From Deltaproteobacteria bacterium (GTDB lineage Bacteria > Myxococcota > Kuafuiibacteriia > Kuafuiibacteriales > Kuafuiibacteriaceae), in the NCBI GenBank assembly GCA_040218735.1, contig JAVJQW010000011.1, positions 416,001-480,000 of the forward strand: DNA of 64,000 nucleotides. Reading direction: 5' to 3'. Positions 19,511 through 28,498 of this stretch are shown here, in pieces (position 1 is the first letter of the stretch; the number at the start of each line of letters is the position of its first letter). The notes under the pieces are model-generated. The model had not been told where the DNA came from. It did not search any database and saw only the letters and a program-made list of their open reading frames with translations. A program made the position numbers and the translations under genes.

Positions 19511-21738
19511 TCGGCGCGGGGGTTTTGGATCACCCCCTCGGCGGAGAAGAGCGGCGCGAGCTCCGGATCGCGGAGCGCGTCCTCGAGTCGCATCGGACGC
19601 CCGTCGACGATCACCTGCTGACTCACCAACCGCGCTCCGTGGGAGTAATCGCCGTAGGTCTGGTGGTGGATCGTGGAGAGCGGCTGAATCGGACGGCCGT
19701 TGCTCTGGTGCCAGCCGTAGATCGCGACGCGGTCCGGGTGGGCGTCGAGGCGGTTCGAAATCACGACGTCCTTCTTGTGCCCTGCGATGACGTCCCCCGC
19801 TTCGCCGCCCGCGCGACGGAGCTGACCGTCCACGAGCGCGTCGTGGTGCTCGATGTACGCGTTCGACATCATCTCGGCGCTCGCAGGGAGCGGGTTCGGC
19901 GTGAGGCGCACGTCGGCCTGCCGGTGCACGGCGTCCACGAGGCGCGTCGTGGGCAGCGACGTATCGGTGCGGTCCGCGATCTGCTGCGCCGTGACCGGGT
20001 TGAGCGGCACGCGCACGTAGTCGTCGTCCGAACCGATCGCGAGATAGTCGGGCATGACGTACGCCGTCGCCGTGTGCCCGTTCGCCGTCAGCTCCACCGG
20101 CCGAAGCTCCCGCGCGAACGACGGGACGTTGCCCGCCTCGATCTGCTCGAGCATCGCCGCCTCCCGATCCGCGCGCGACATGTGGCGCGTGCGCTCGAGG
20201 AAGGCGGACCCGGTCTCGGCGCCGGCGGCGCGAGGTGGTAGCGCGAGAACACTCCCGACCGCGCCCTCCGAAGCCCTGGCCGCCCCCGAAGCAGCGGCCG
20301 AGCCCGAAGCGGTCACGGCGCCCGAGCCCGAGCCCGAGCCCGTGCCCGTGCCCACCGCCGAGTCTGAGGCGGTGGCCGAGTCCGAAGCGCTGACCGAAGC
20401 CGAGCCCGGATCCGAACCCGTGACCGAAGCCGAGTCCGAATCCGAAGCCGAAGCCGAGCCCGAATCCGAAGCCGAGCCCGAACCCGTGACCGAAGCCGAG
20501 TCCGAACCCGAACCCGAGCCCGAGTCCGAAGCCGAGCCCGCGCCGGCGCCCGAATCCGCGCCCGACCTCGCGACCGATCCCGCTCCCCCGCCCCCCAGCG
20601 CGCTCGACGGCGAGCTGAAGTCCCCGCGCGCGGGTCGGCCGAAGCCTTCGAACTGCGCGCGTACCTGCGGGTCGTTCAGGTCGTACGACCGCCGCACGAC
20701 GCCGCGCGCGGTGTTGCCCTCGATCGTCGTGAGCTGCCCGGTCGCGGGGTCGTAGCCCTCCACCAGGCCGACGTGTCCGCGGGAGAACAGCGCGGTGTCG
20801 CCGGCGCGGATCGGGAGGTTCTCGGGTTCGTAGACCTCGTGGGGGCGGTTGCGTTGCGCGGCGTGGCGCTGGCCGCCGGAGCCGCGCAGCGTCATCCACC
20901 GGCGCGCGCTGCCCTCCGCGACGTGTTGCTCGCGGAGCTGGTCCAGCGAATCGTTCGTCGCGCGGCGGTTGTCGGTGTAGTTGCGGTACTCGAAGAAGGC
21001 GCGGGCCTTCTGCATCGAGTGCATCCCGTTGATGCCCGTGAACTCGCCGCCCGCCTCGCGCGCGGCTTCGCTGTAGTTGAAGCCGGTGAAGAAGCCGCAC
21101 CACGCGTAGCCTTCGCGCATCCGCGAGCGCTGCGCGTACTGGTCGACGCGCGCGCCGCGGTTGGTGCTCCCGATCTCCCGAACGCCGATCTCCCGACGCG
21201 CGCTGTCCATGGTGCGGGACTGGAGCGCGGCGAGCTCGGCGTCGGCCGGGGTCTGGCCGGCCGACGGGGTCACCGGCGCGAGCGGCCGACGCGCGCGCAG
21301 GCGGTCGTTGTCGCTCTGCTGCAGGGCGCCCGCGCGCAACGAGCCCTGCGGTGCCCGCGCGCCGAACCGCGGCGCGCGTTGCGCGGCGCCGCGACGCGTG
21401 GCGAACCCATCACGACCACCGCGCCCGCGCCGCGCTCCCATCAGCATCAACAAAACGTGCACATCGACCTGGCCCGGCGCGCCCGGCATGCCGGAGCCCT
21501 GTTGAAAGTCGCGAACCGCCCGCTCGGTGTGGGGACCGAACAAACCATCGAGGACCAGCGCAAAGCCGAGCGCTTGCAAGGCAGCTTGCACAGCGGTCAC
21601 GGCCTCGCCGCGGTGCCCCAGCTGAAGCACCGCGAGCCCCAGCATGATCTGCTGGAGGTCGGGGGCGTCTCGGTAGCCGAGGCTGGGGTTCGAAAGCGCG
21701 TTCGCGTCCATCCTGGTCGCGGCGTTGGTTCGCGTCAT
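19507..21738 (-). CDS. Peptidoglycan-binding + CHAP amidase/peptidase + Ser/Asp/Gly linker + uncharacterised C-terminal domain
   Basis: LQLGHRGEAVTAVQAAL...DGLFGPHTERAVRDFQ (PG_binding_1); AWCGFF, GHVGLV and TTIEGN (CHAP C/H/E). Start ATG 21738 chosen over 21804. Confidence 0.82.
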   Translation of the reverse strand: MTRTNAATRMDANALSNPSLGYRDAPDLQQIMLGLAVLQLGHRGEAVTAVQAALQALGFALVLDGLFGPHTERAVRDFQQGSGMPGAPGQVDVHVLLMLMGARRGRGGRDGFATRRGAAQRAPRFGARAPQGSLRAGALQQSDNDRLRARRPLAPVTPSAGQTPADAELAALQSRTMDSARREIGVREIGSTNRGARVDQYAQRSRMREGYAWCGFFTGFNYSEAAREAGGEFTGINGMHSMQKARAFFEYRNYTDNRRATNDSLDQLREQHVAEGSARRWMTLRGSGGQRHAAQRNRPHEVYEPENLPIRAGDTALFSRGHVGLVEGYDPATGQLTTIEGNTARGVVRRSYDLNDPQVRAQFEGFGRPARGDFSSPSSALGGGGAGSVARSGADSGAGAGSASDSGSGSGSDSASVTGSGSASDSGSASASDSDSASVTGSDPGSASVSASDSATASDSAVGTGTGSGSGSGAVTASGSAAASGAARASEGAVGSVLALPPRAAGAETGSAFLERTRHMSRADREAAMLEQIEAGNVPSFARELRPVELTANGHTATAYVMPDYLAIGSDDDYVRVPLNPVTAQQIADRTDTSLPTTRLVDAVHRQADVRLTPNPLPASAEMMSNAYIEHHDALVDGQLRRAGGEAGDVIAGHKKDVVISNRLDAHPDRVAIYGWHQSNGRPIQPLSTIHHQTYGDYSHGARLVSQQVIVDGRPMRLEDALRDPELAPLFSAEGVIQNPRAD
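20280..20580 (-). repeat. Low-complexity hexanucleotide-based coding repeat (SASDSGSGS...)
   Basis: Degenerate CCGAAG/CCGAGC/TCCGAA arrays encoding the Ser/Asp/Gly linker. Confidence 0.8.
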
Positions 21739-21796
21739 CACCAGACGTGAGAGCACGTCGCGGGCCAGCCCACAGCGCACGACTCCCGGCGCGGAG

Positions 21797-21834
21797 GGTG
21801 ACAACTCGTCAACTGACGGTAGGTGACGACTCGT
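21797..21834. promoter_or_regulatory. 13-bp direct repeat and possible ECF-type promoter upstream of the CHAP gene
   Basis: GGTGACAACTCGT (21797) and GGTGACGACTCGT (21822); on the minus strand TGTCAC-N16-CGTG. Confidence 0.4.
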
Positions 21835-21838
21835 AGCG

Positions 21839-22444
21839 CTATGCTTCGGCGATCAGCGACGTCAGGCGGCGCTCGAGCTTCACACGCCGGCTGTACGCCG
21901 TCGCGACGGAGACCCCGGAGCGCTCCGCGACCTGGGCGAACGCGAGGCCCTCCGCGAAGTACAGACGCGCGAACTCCTGGTCGCGCGGGGTGCAGCGCTT
22001 CAGCGCCGCTTCGACGATCTTCCACCGCTCGCGCGTCTCGTAGTCGGCGTCGGGCCCGGGTACGAGCGGGAGCGCATCTTCCACCTGCTCCACCGCGACG
22101 GAGCGCACCGTGTGGCGCCGCTCGCGGCGCACGTAGTCGAGGGTCGACGACACCGAGATCACCCCCACCCAGCTGCTCGGCGCGCAGCCGCGGTCGCGGC
22201 GGTACTGGCGCAGCCGGCGGTAGTCGTTTGCGACCATCGCGGCGAGGACGTCCGAGAACGCGTCGTCGACGTGGTGGGGCTCGGCGGACACCGACGAACG
22301 CACCAACGTCCGCGCGACGCACGAGCGGATGAGGCCCGAGAAGCGCTGCAGGAACGTCGCCCACGCGCGTTGCGAGCCGGTGCAGACGGCCTCGATCAGC
22401 TCCACGTCCGGGGTCGGGGTGTCGTGTCGGGGCCGCGTCGTCAC
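21839..22444 (-). CDS. ECF sigma-70 family RNA polymerase sigma factor
   Basis: DVELIEAVCTGSQRAWATF, VDDAF, SSWV...LDYVRR, region 4 HTH LAFAQVAERSGVSVATAYSRR. Start uncertain. Confidence 0.88.
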   Translation of the reverse strand: MTTRPRHDTPTPDVELIEAVCTGSQRAWATFLQRFSGLIRSCVARTLVRSSVSAEPHHVDDAFSDVLAAMVANDYRRLRQYRRDRGCAPSSWVGVISVSSTLDYVRRERRHTVRSVAVEQVEDALPLVPGPDADYETRERWKIVEAALKRCTPRDQEFARLYFAEGLAFAQVAERSGVSVATAYSRRVKLERRLTSLIAEA

Positions 22445-22523
22445 GGTGCTACGGTGACAAAGAGCAGCGTCTGACTCACTTACGCGTCGCCGCAAGTGTT
22501 GGCGCTCAAGCTCCGAGCAGGGG

Positions 22524-22539
22524 TGGCGTCGGGCTTGCG
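22524..22539 (+). promoter_or_regulatory. Candidate sigma-54 promoter
   Basis: TGGCGT-CGGGC-TTGCG with -24/-12 spacing, 20 nt before GTG 22559. Confidence 0.45.
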
Positions 22540-22558
22540 TTCGTCGGATACGGACCCC

Positions 22559-23440
22559 GTGCGTTGGTTCGTGCTCCTGGCTCTCGTCCTCGGCGGCTGC
22601 ACGCTGCCACCCCCGAAGGTCCACGGGGACTACGACCCACGCCGCGGCGGCGTGTACACGCCCGTCACCGTCCGCCTCCACACCGAACCGGCCTACGCGA
22701 TCGCGATCGTCGACGACATCCAACAGTACGGCGCAAGCTCCACGCTCCGCCTCGACGCCACCGTCGCGCACCGCATCGAGATCCAGAAGGCCGGCTACTA
22801 CGGCCAGGTCATTCACCTCGAGACCAACCCCGAGTACCTGAAACCTCGCGATCTCGAGAACCGCGATCCGGACGCGCCGATCGTTCGCATCCCCGCCTTC
22901 GTCGCGCGCGTCGAGGACCTCGCATCCGGGGAGTCGCGCGACACCGAGTACGGCGACATCCGCATCTTCCTGGAGCCGCTTCGCCGCCCGGCGAAGACCG
23001 CGGTGCTCAGCGCGAACCCCGATACGATCGTCGCCGTAATGCCGACGATCAGCGCGCAGAAGTTCGACCGGGAGCTGTTCGACGCGATCGCGGATCAGCT
23101 CCGCGTCGGACTCGGCATTCGGCGCGTGCCCGTGATCGATCGTGGGCGCCTCGCCGCGAAGCTCGCCGAGACCATCGACCGCGAGAAGAAGGACAGCTAT
23201 CGCGCGTGTGTCGACGAGGCCTGCCAGATCCCGCTCGGTAAGGCGCTCGCCGCGACGCACCTCCTCCGCTCGACGCTCGCGCGCACGGGGGAGCGCTGCT
23301 CGCTGTCGCTGGAGTTGATCGAGCTGTCGTCCGAGCTGACGATCGACGCCACCGCGGTCGCGACGACCTGCGAGGGCACCGCGCCCCTCGACGCCGCCGA
23401 TCAACTCACGGAGCAGATGTTCCCGTCCGAATCCCCGTGA
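22559..23440 (+). CDS. Lipoprotein with C-terminal CsgG/TolB-N-like Cys module
   Basis: Lipobox LGGC; SYRACVDEACQIPLGKALAA module. Confidence 0.7.
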   Translation: MRWFVLLALVLGGCTLPPPKVHGDYDPRRGGVYTPVTVRLHTEPAYAIAIVDDIQQYGASSTLRLDATVAHRIEIQKAGYYGQVIHLETNPEYLKPRDLENRDPDAPIVRIPAFVARVEDLASGESRDTEYGDIRIFLEPLRRPAKTAVLSANPDTIVAVMPTISAQKFDRELFDAIADQLRVGLGIRRVPVIDRGRLAAKLAETIDREKKDSYRACVDEACQIPLGKALAATHLLRSTLARTGERCSLSLELIELSSELTIDATAVATTCEGTAPLDAADQLTEQMFPSESP

Positions 23441-24437
23441 GGAGCTCCCGGGCCACCCCCGTCGCGAGCTGCTCGAGCGCGTTGTCGTCGTCGCACGTCC
23501 CGCGCGATCCCGCGGCCGCGACGCTGACCTCGCGCGCGAGATCGATCAGCTCCGCCGCGAGCACGCAGCGATCGCCGAGCCGCGTCACCCGCGCGCGCAC
23601 CAGGTGGGACGCGGCGAGCGCGCGGCCGATCTCCACGTCGCAGCCATCGCCGGTGCAGTTGGCCTCACGGAGCATCCGATCCACGGCGCCGGTTTCGACG
23701 GTGCGAACGCCGAGCCCGGTGATGTCGAGGTGGAGGCGGTGGCCGAGCGCGTCGAGCCACGGAAGGCTCACGTTCGACGTCAGGGGCGCGACGGTCACGA
23801 TCATCTCGTCGCGCGCCGCGTCGACGAGCGCGAGCTCCGGCGCTTCGAGGATCGGCTCGAGCTTCAGCACGATGGCGTCCGACGCCGAGATGTCGACCGC
23901 CCCGTCCACCGGCTGGTAGCCCTCCTTCGAAGCGCGGTACGTGAACTTCGGATCCGAGACGACCTTCGTCGCCGCGATCTCCTCGCCGGTGAACGACGGG
24001 TAGATCACCGCGACCATCGCGTCGATGATCCCCCCGAAGCCGCCGAGGAACGTCGTGATCCAGGGGATGACCGGGCACTCGACGCCGTTGTCGCCACACT
24101 GCTTCGGGAGCATCGCGATCGAGATCCCCGTGACGATGAACGACAGCCCCGACCCGACCCAGAGCCCGAGCGTCGAGGGGGTTTCGACGTCCTCCTCGTA
24201 CTCCGCGCGGACCGTGTCCTCGGTCGGCCCCACGCCGACCGCCTCACACGGCCCGTCCGGACGGAACCGACACACATCGGCCCCCGCCGGTACGGTCGAG
24301 ACCTGGACGGGACGCTCGCGCGTGCGGAGGCGCGTCTCGACGTCCGACCACCCCATCGCGGTCTGAATGGCCATCCCGCACCCGGAGCAGAGGCAGAGCA
24401 GGATCACGAGGAACACCCGCACGGTGGGCGCTTCCAT
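23406..24437 (-). CDS. Membrane lipoprotein with split PEGA-like domain and C-terminal CsgG/TolB-N-like module
   Basis: LCSGC lipobox; VSTVPAGADV...SKEGYQP; two TM helices; CTGDGCDVEIGRALAA. Start 24437 or 24422. Confidence 0.65.
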   Translation of the reverse strand: MEAPTVRVFLVILLCLCSGCGMAIQTAMGWSDVETRLRTRERPVQVSTVPAGADVCRFRPDGPCEAVGVGPTEDTVRAEYEEDVETPSTLGLWVGSGLSFIVTGISIAMLPKQCGDNGVECPVIPWITTFLGGFGGIIDAMVAVIYPSFTGEEIAATKVVSDPKFTYRASKEGYQPVDGAVDISASDAIVLKLEPILEAPELALVDAARDEMIVTVAPLTSNVSLPWLDALGHRLHLDITGLGVRTVETGAVDRMLREANCTGDGCDVEIGRALAASHLVRARVTRLGDRCVLAAELIDLAREVSVAAAGSRGTCDDDNALEQLATGVARELLTGIRTGTSAP

Positions 24438-24524
24438 AACAACCCGGGGCACACGGCGCGAGCCTGTGATGGGGCGCATCGCCGGGCTGGGCACACGGCG
24501 AAGAACGGCGTACACCCGGCCCCC

Positions 24525-25655
24525 TTGCTGGCGGACCGCATCACCGTCTTCGCCGCGTGCGCGCCGGGCCTCGAACCCGCGCTCGCCGACGAGGTCCGAC
24601 GACTCGACCCGGAGCGCTACGAGGTCGTGCCGGGCGGCGTCGAAGCCACCGGGCCGCGCCAGCTCGTGTACCGCGCCAACCTGGAGCTCGGTCTCGCGAA
24701 ACACGTGCTACTGCGTGTCGACGACTTCGTCGCGCGACGCTTCGACCGCCTCGTCGATCGTGTCGCGAAGATCGCGTGGCCCAAGCTCATCAACGGCGTC
24801 GGGACGGTCCACGTCACCACGCACCGCTCGAAGCTGTACCACACCGGTGCGATCGAGGAGCGCGTCCGCGAGGGGATCGGCAAGGCGTTCGGCGGCACCG
24901 TCGACGAGGAGGTCGCGACCGAGGTCCACGTCCGCTTCCACCACGACCGCTGCACACTCTCGATCAACACCTCGGGCGATGAGCTCCCGCGTCGCGGCTA
25001 CCGACGCGCGACCGGCAAGGCGCCGCTGTCCGCCGACCTCGCCCGCGCGCTGGTGATCGCCTCCGGCTGGAACCCGGACACCCCGCTCGTGGATCCATTC
25101 AGTGGATCAGGCACGATCGCGATCGAAGCTGCGCTCCTCGCGCGACGCATCGCACCGGGGCTGGAGCGTACGTTCGAATTCGCGGCGCTCCCCTGGTTCG
25201 ACCCGGAGGCATACGCCGTCCTCGTCACGCAGCTCCGCGCGGCGCAGCTCGACCAGCCGCTCTCGATCGTCGCGAGCGACCGCGACGCGGGGGTCACGAA
25301 GGGCGCCACGGAGAACGCGGAGCGCGCCGGCGTCGGCGACGCGGTCTCGTTCACCTGCACGTCGGTCTCCGACGCGCCCGGCTTCGCGCTCGACGCCCCG
25401 GTCGCCACGGTCGTCACGAACCCACCCTTCGGCCACCGGATCGCCAAGGGCCGCGACCTGCGGCCGCTCTACCAGCGCTTCGGGACGCTCATGGCCGCGC
25501 GCCCCGAGTGGGGTGCGGCGCTCGTCGCGCGCGACCGCCGCCTCGCGGCCGCGACCGGCCTCACGCTGGAACCCATCGGCCGCTGGCAACACGGGGGCTC
25601 GGGCGTGCACGTGCTGGTTCGCCGCACATCATCTATGATCCGCGCGAATTGGTGA
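24525..25655 (+). CDS. THUMP-domain RNA methyltransferase (RlmL/YpsC-like)
   Basis: CAPGLE, NTSGDELPRRGYR, KAPL, DPFSGSGTIAIEA, VTNPPFG. Start TTG 24525. Confidence 0.88.
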   Translation: MLADRITVFAACAPGLEPALADEVRRLDPERYEVVPGGVEATGPRQLVYRANLELGLAKHVLLRVDDFVARRFDRLVDRVAKIAWPKLINGVGTVHVTTHRSKLYHTGAIEERVREGIGKAFGGTVDEEVATEVHVRFHHDRCTLSINTSGDELPRRGYRRATGKAPLSADLARALVIASGWNPDTPLVDPFSGSGTIAIEAALLARRIAPGLERTFEFAALPWFDPEAYAVLVTQLRAAQLDQPLSIVASDRDAGVTKGATENAERAGVGDAVSFTCTSVSDAPGFALDAPVATVVTNPPFGHRIAKGRDLRPLYQRFGTLMAARPEWGAALVARDRRLAAATGLTLEPIGRWQHGGSGVHVLVRRTSSMIRANW

Positions 25656-27097
25656 GTTGGTGGAAGAGCTTCGCGTTCCGGTTCGTCGCGCTCTACACGA
25701 CCGTCGCCGTCACCGTCGTCCTCATCGGGCTCACCGCGCTCTACAACCGCGAGAAGAAGGAAGTGATCGACAAGTTCGGGCTCGCGCTCGAAACGATCGC
25801 CAGCACCGCCGCGCCGTTCATGCAAGGTGACTTGCTCGACGCCATCCGGGCCAACGACGACGCCGAATCGGAGGCCTTCCGGACGATGCGCGCCGCGCTC
25901 GCGACGGTCGCGAAGGAGAACCACCTCGCCGACGACCAGGCGTACATCCTGCGGCCCACCGACGACGGGGCTTACGAGTTCGTCGTCATGCTCCAGACGA
26001 ACACCTTCATCGGCGATCGCTATAGCCCACCTGACGAGGTCGCCGAGCGCTACGCGTGGATCGTGACCGAGAAGGACGGCGTCCGTACCGACCTCTACAC
26101 CGACGCGCACGGCACCTTCCTCTCCGGCATCGCGCCGATCCTCCGGCGCGACGGCAGCGTCGCGGGCCTCCTCCAGGTCGACTACGGCGTGGACCAGTAC
26201 CTCGAAGCGGTGAAGGCCGAGCGCGAGCGTTACCTGATGGGCCTCGCCGCGATGGTCACGCTGTTCCTCGCGTTCGGCGTCTGGATCCATCGCCGGCTCG
26301 GGCGCGACGTCCGCGCCCTCCTCGGCGGCACGCGCGCGATCGAATCCGAGGAGTACGACCACGTCGTCGTCGTCGGCTCCGGTGACGAGATGGCCGTCGT
26401 CGCCGAAGCGCTCAACCGCGCGCTCGCCGGTCTGAAGGAACGCTTCGAGATGCTCAAGTTCCTCCCTCGCCACACCGCGAAGATGATCCAGGCCGCCTCC
26501 AAACTGGGCGGCGTGGACCGAACGCTCGCGCGTCGCATCGAGGTCGCCGTCTTCGAGTCCGACATTCGCGGCTTCACGAAGATCTCCGAGAAGCTCCCGC
26601 CCGAGAACATCGTGTCGATGCTCAACGAGTACATCCGCGTGCAGGCGGAGCTGATCGAAGCCGCCGGCGGATCGATCGACAAGTACATGGGCGACGCCGT
26701 CCTCGCGATCTTCGAAGGCGAGCACAAAGCCCGCCGCGCCGTGGAGGCGGCGCTCGCGATCCAGTCCGCCGTCGAAGAGATGAACGCACGCGAGGCCTTC
26801 GAGGTGCCCGTCCACATCGGCATCGGCATCACCGTCGGCGAGCTGGTGATGGGCAACATGGGCAGCGACGCGCGCATGGAACACACGGTCATCGGCTCGC
26901 CGGTGAACCTCGCGGCGCGCCTGTGCAGCCAAGCGAGCCCGGGCGAGATCGTCGTCTCGGCCACCGTGCGCGAGGAGCTCGACGACGCCCAGGGCCTGCA
27001 CTTCTCCGTCTCCGAACAGATCCGTGTGAAGGGCTTCGCAGCGCCCATCGCGTGTTTCCGAGCGCAGGGCAGCACCGCGGACGTGCATCCATCGTGA
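25652..27097 (+). CDS. Class III adenylate/guanylate cyclase with periplasmic sensor and HAMP domain
   Basis: Two TM helices; SDIRGFT, DKYMGDAVLA, GNMGS...TVIGSPVNLAARLC. The K and T specificity residues favour ATP. Confidence 0.92.
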   Translation: MSWWKSFAFRFVALYTTVAVTVVLIGLTALYNREKKEVIDKFGLALETIASTAAPFMQGDLLDAIRANDDAESEAFRTMRAALATVAKENHLADDQAYILRPTDDGAYEFVVMLQTNTFIGDRYSPPDEVAERYAWIVTEKDGVRTDLYTDAHGTFLSGIAPILRRDGSVAGLLQVDYGVDQYLEAVKAERERYLMGLAAMVTLFLAFGVWIHRRLGRDVRALLGGTRAIESEEYDHVVVVGSGDEMAVVAEALNRALAGLKERFEMLKFLPRHTAKMIQAASKLGGVDRTLARRIEVAVFESDIRGFTKISEKLPPENIVSMLNEYIRVQAELIEAAGGSIDKYMGDAVLAIFEGEHKARRAVEAALAIQSAVEEMNAREAFEVPVHIGIGITVGELVMGNMGSDARMEHTVIGSPVNLAARLCSQASPGEIVVSATVREELDDAQGLHFSVSEQIRVKGFAAPIACFRAQGSTADVHPS

Positions 27098-27161
27098 GCT
27101 GGGACACATGGACCCGCTGACCGTGGACAACGCGCCCCCGACGTGGCGAAACCCGAGACCC

Positions 27162-28427
27162 ATGGGACGTCGAAACGCGCTCGTGCTCGCGCTCGCGCTG
27201 ATCGCCGGTTGTGGCACGGACCGCGGTGGCGATGACGGCATCACCACGCCGAGCGTCGACTACAACCTCCGCGTCCGCGCCTACACCACGCCGTACGCCG
27301 TGCAGGAGACGATGGTCGCCGGTGCGGGGCTCACGTGGATGGTCGCGGAGATCGACTTCATCGCACGCGGGAGCCGCGACGTGCCGATCGGCTACGCGAA
27401 GTTCTCGATGGAGACGAACGGCGCGAGCTACGCGGCCGAGGCACTCTCCGAGGTCATCGAGAACGGCTGCCGCGCCGACGCCCTCGCCCGCGCCAACGTG
27501 TCGCGCTACTGCCGCGTGTTGTTCCGCGTGAACGCCGGCGAGTCCCCGGCGCGCCTCTACCTCGACGCCAACGGCGCGACGATCTCCACCGACTTCGCCG
27601 GCGCGACGGCGCCCCCGATGTTGTGCGACGTCCTCGGGCCGGAGGCGTCGCCCGCCGCGTGCACCGACGGCTGCAACAACGACGGCGACCTGTTCTTCGA
27701 CTGTGAGACCCGCACGTGCTGCGACTTCGTCACCGGCTGCCCGAGTGACTCGTACTGCGGCCGCAACGCCCCCGCCTGTGTGATGGGGCCCGAAGGTTCG
27801 CTCGCGACGTGCCGCGACACCTGCGACAACGACAGCAACGGCGGCGCCGACTGCGACGAACCGGCGTGCTGCGACGTGCTCGCGTGCGGGGCGGGTTCGT
27901 TCTGCGCCGCGAGCCGCGTGTTCGTGGACCCGGTGCAGTTCGACGACGCCGCGCTCGACCGCGTCGACGCCAACACCCTCCCCTCCGGCGCCACGCCGTG
28001 CCGCGCGCCGGTGCTCGCCGACGTCGCGTTCGTCCGCGACGGCGACACGATCGAGATCTTCGACCCGGCGGCCGGCGGCGCGATCGAGGTCGTGCGCCTG
28101 ATCGGCGTCGACACCCCCGAGCTCGCGCGCGACGGCAACCCGGCCGAGTGTTACGCGGTCGAGGCGAGTCGATTCACGCGAGATCTCACCGGCCAACGCG
28201 TCTGGCTCACGTTCGACACGGAGTGCCGCGATCAGTTCGGACGCTTGCTCGCGTACGTCTTCGTCGGTGGGCACCGCAGCGCGATGTGGCAGCGTCACCT
28301 CGCACGACGCGGCTTCGCCGACGTCTTCTTCTTCGATGGCAACGACGCCGGCATACGCGCGCTCCTCGAAAACGACGAGCAGATCGCAATGGCCGAAGGC
28401 GTCGGGCTCTACACCGCCTGCCCATGA
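27162..28427 (+). CDS. Lipoprotein thermonuclease (SNase) with Ig-like domain and Cys-rich repeats
   Basis: IAGC lipobox; RDGDTI, VRLIGVDTPE, RDQFGRLLAYV; two C-x-D-x-C-x-N-D-x-x-G/D-x-x-DC...CC repeats. Confidence 0.85.
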   Translation: MGRRNALVLALALIAGCGTDRGGDDGITTPSVDYNLRVRAYTTPYAVQETMVAGAGLTWMVAEIDFIARGSRDVPIGYAKFSMETNGASYAAEALSEVIENGCRADALARANVSRYCRVLFRVNAGESPARLYLDANGATISTDFAGATAPPMLCDVLGPEASPAACTDGCNNDGDLFFDCETRTCCDFVTGCPSDSYCGRNAPACVMGPEGSLATCRDTCDNDSNGGADCDEPACCDVLACGAGSFCAASRVFVDPVQFDDAALDRVDANTLPSGATPCRAPVLADVAFVRDGDTIEIFDPAAGGAIEVVRLIGVDTPELARDGNPAECYAVEASRFTRDLTGQRVWLTFDTECRDQFGRLLAYVFVGGHRSAMWQRHLARRGFADVFFFDGNDAGIRALLENDEQIAMAEGVGLYTACP

Positions 28428-28498
28428 CGCCCTGCGCAACGCATTGACGTGCGCGAACCTGTAACTTCGTCTCGCGGGCGACGTACCGAGACGAAGCC

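Noticed and set aside
20280-20580. Repeat array as a CRISPR candidate
   Set aside because: Degenerate 6-bp coding repeats with no constant repeat and unique spacer structure, and no cas genes.
18284-21103. Very long alternative ORFs (18284-21103 minus, 47696-50074 minus, 10695-12923 plus, 58200-60488 plus and others)
   Set aside because: Antisense or frame-shifted shadows of real genes, expected in high-GC DNA. They are rich in Arg, Ala and Gly and show no family motifs.
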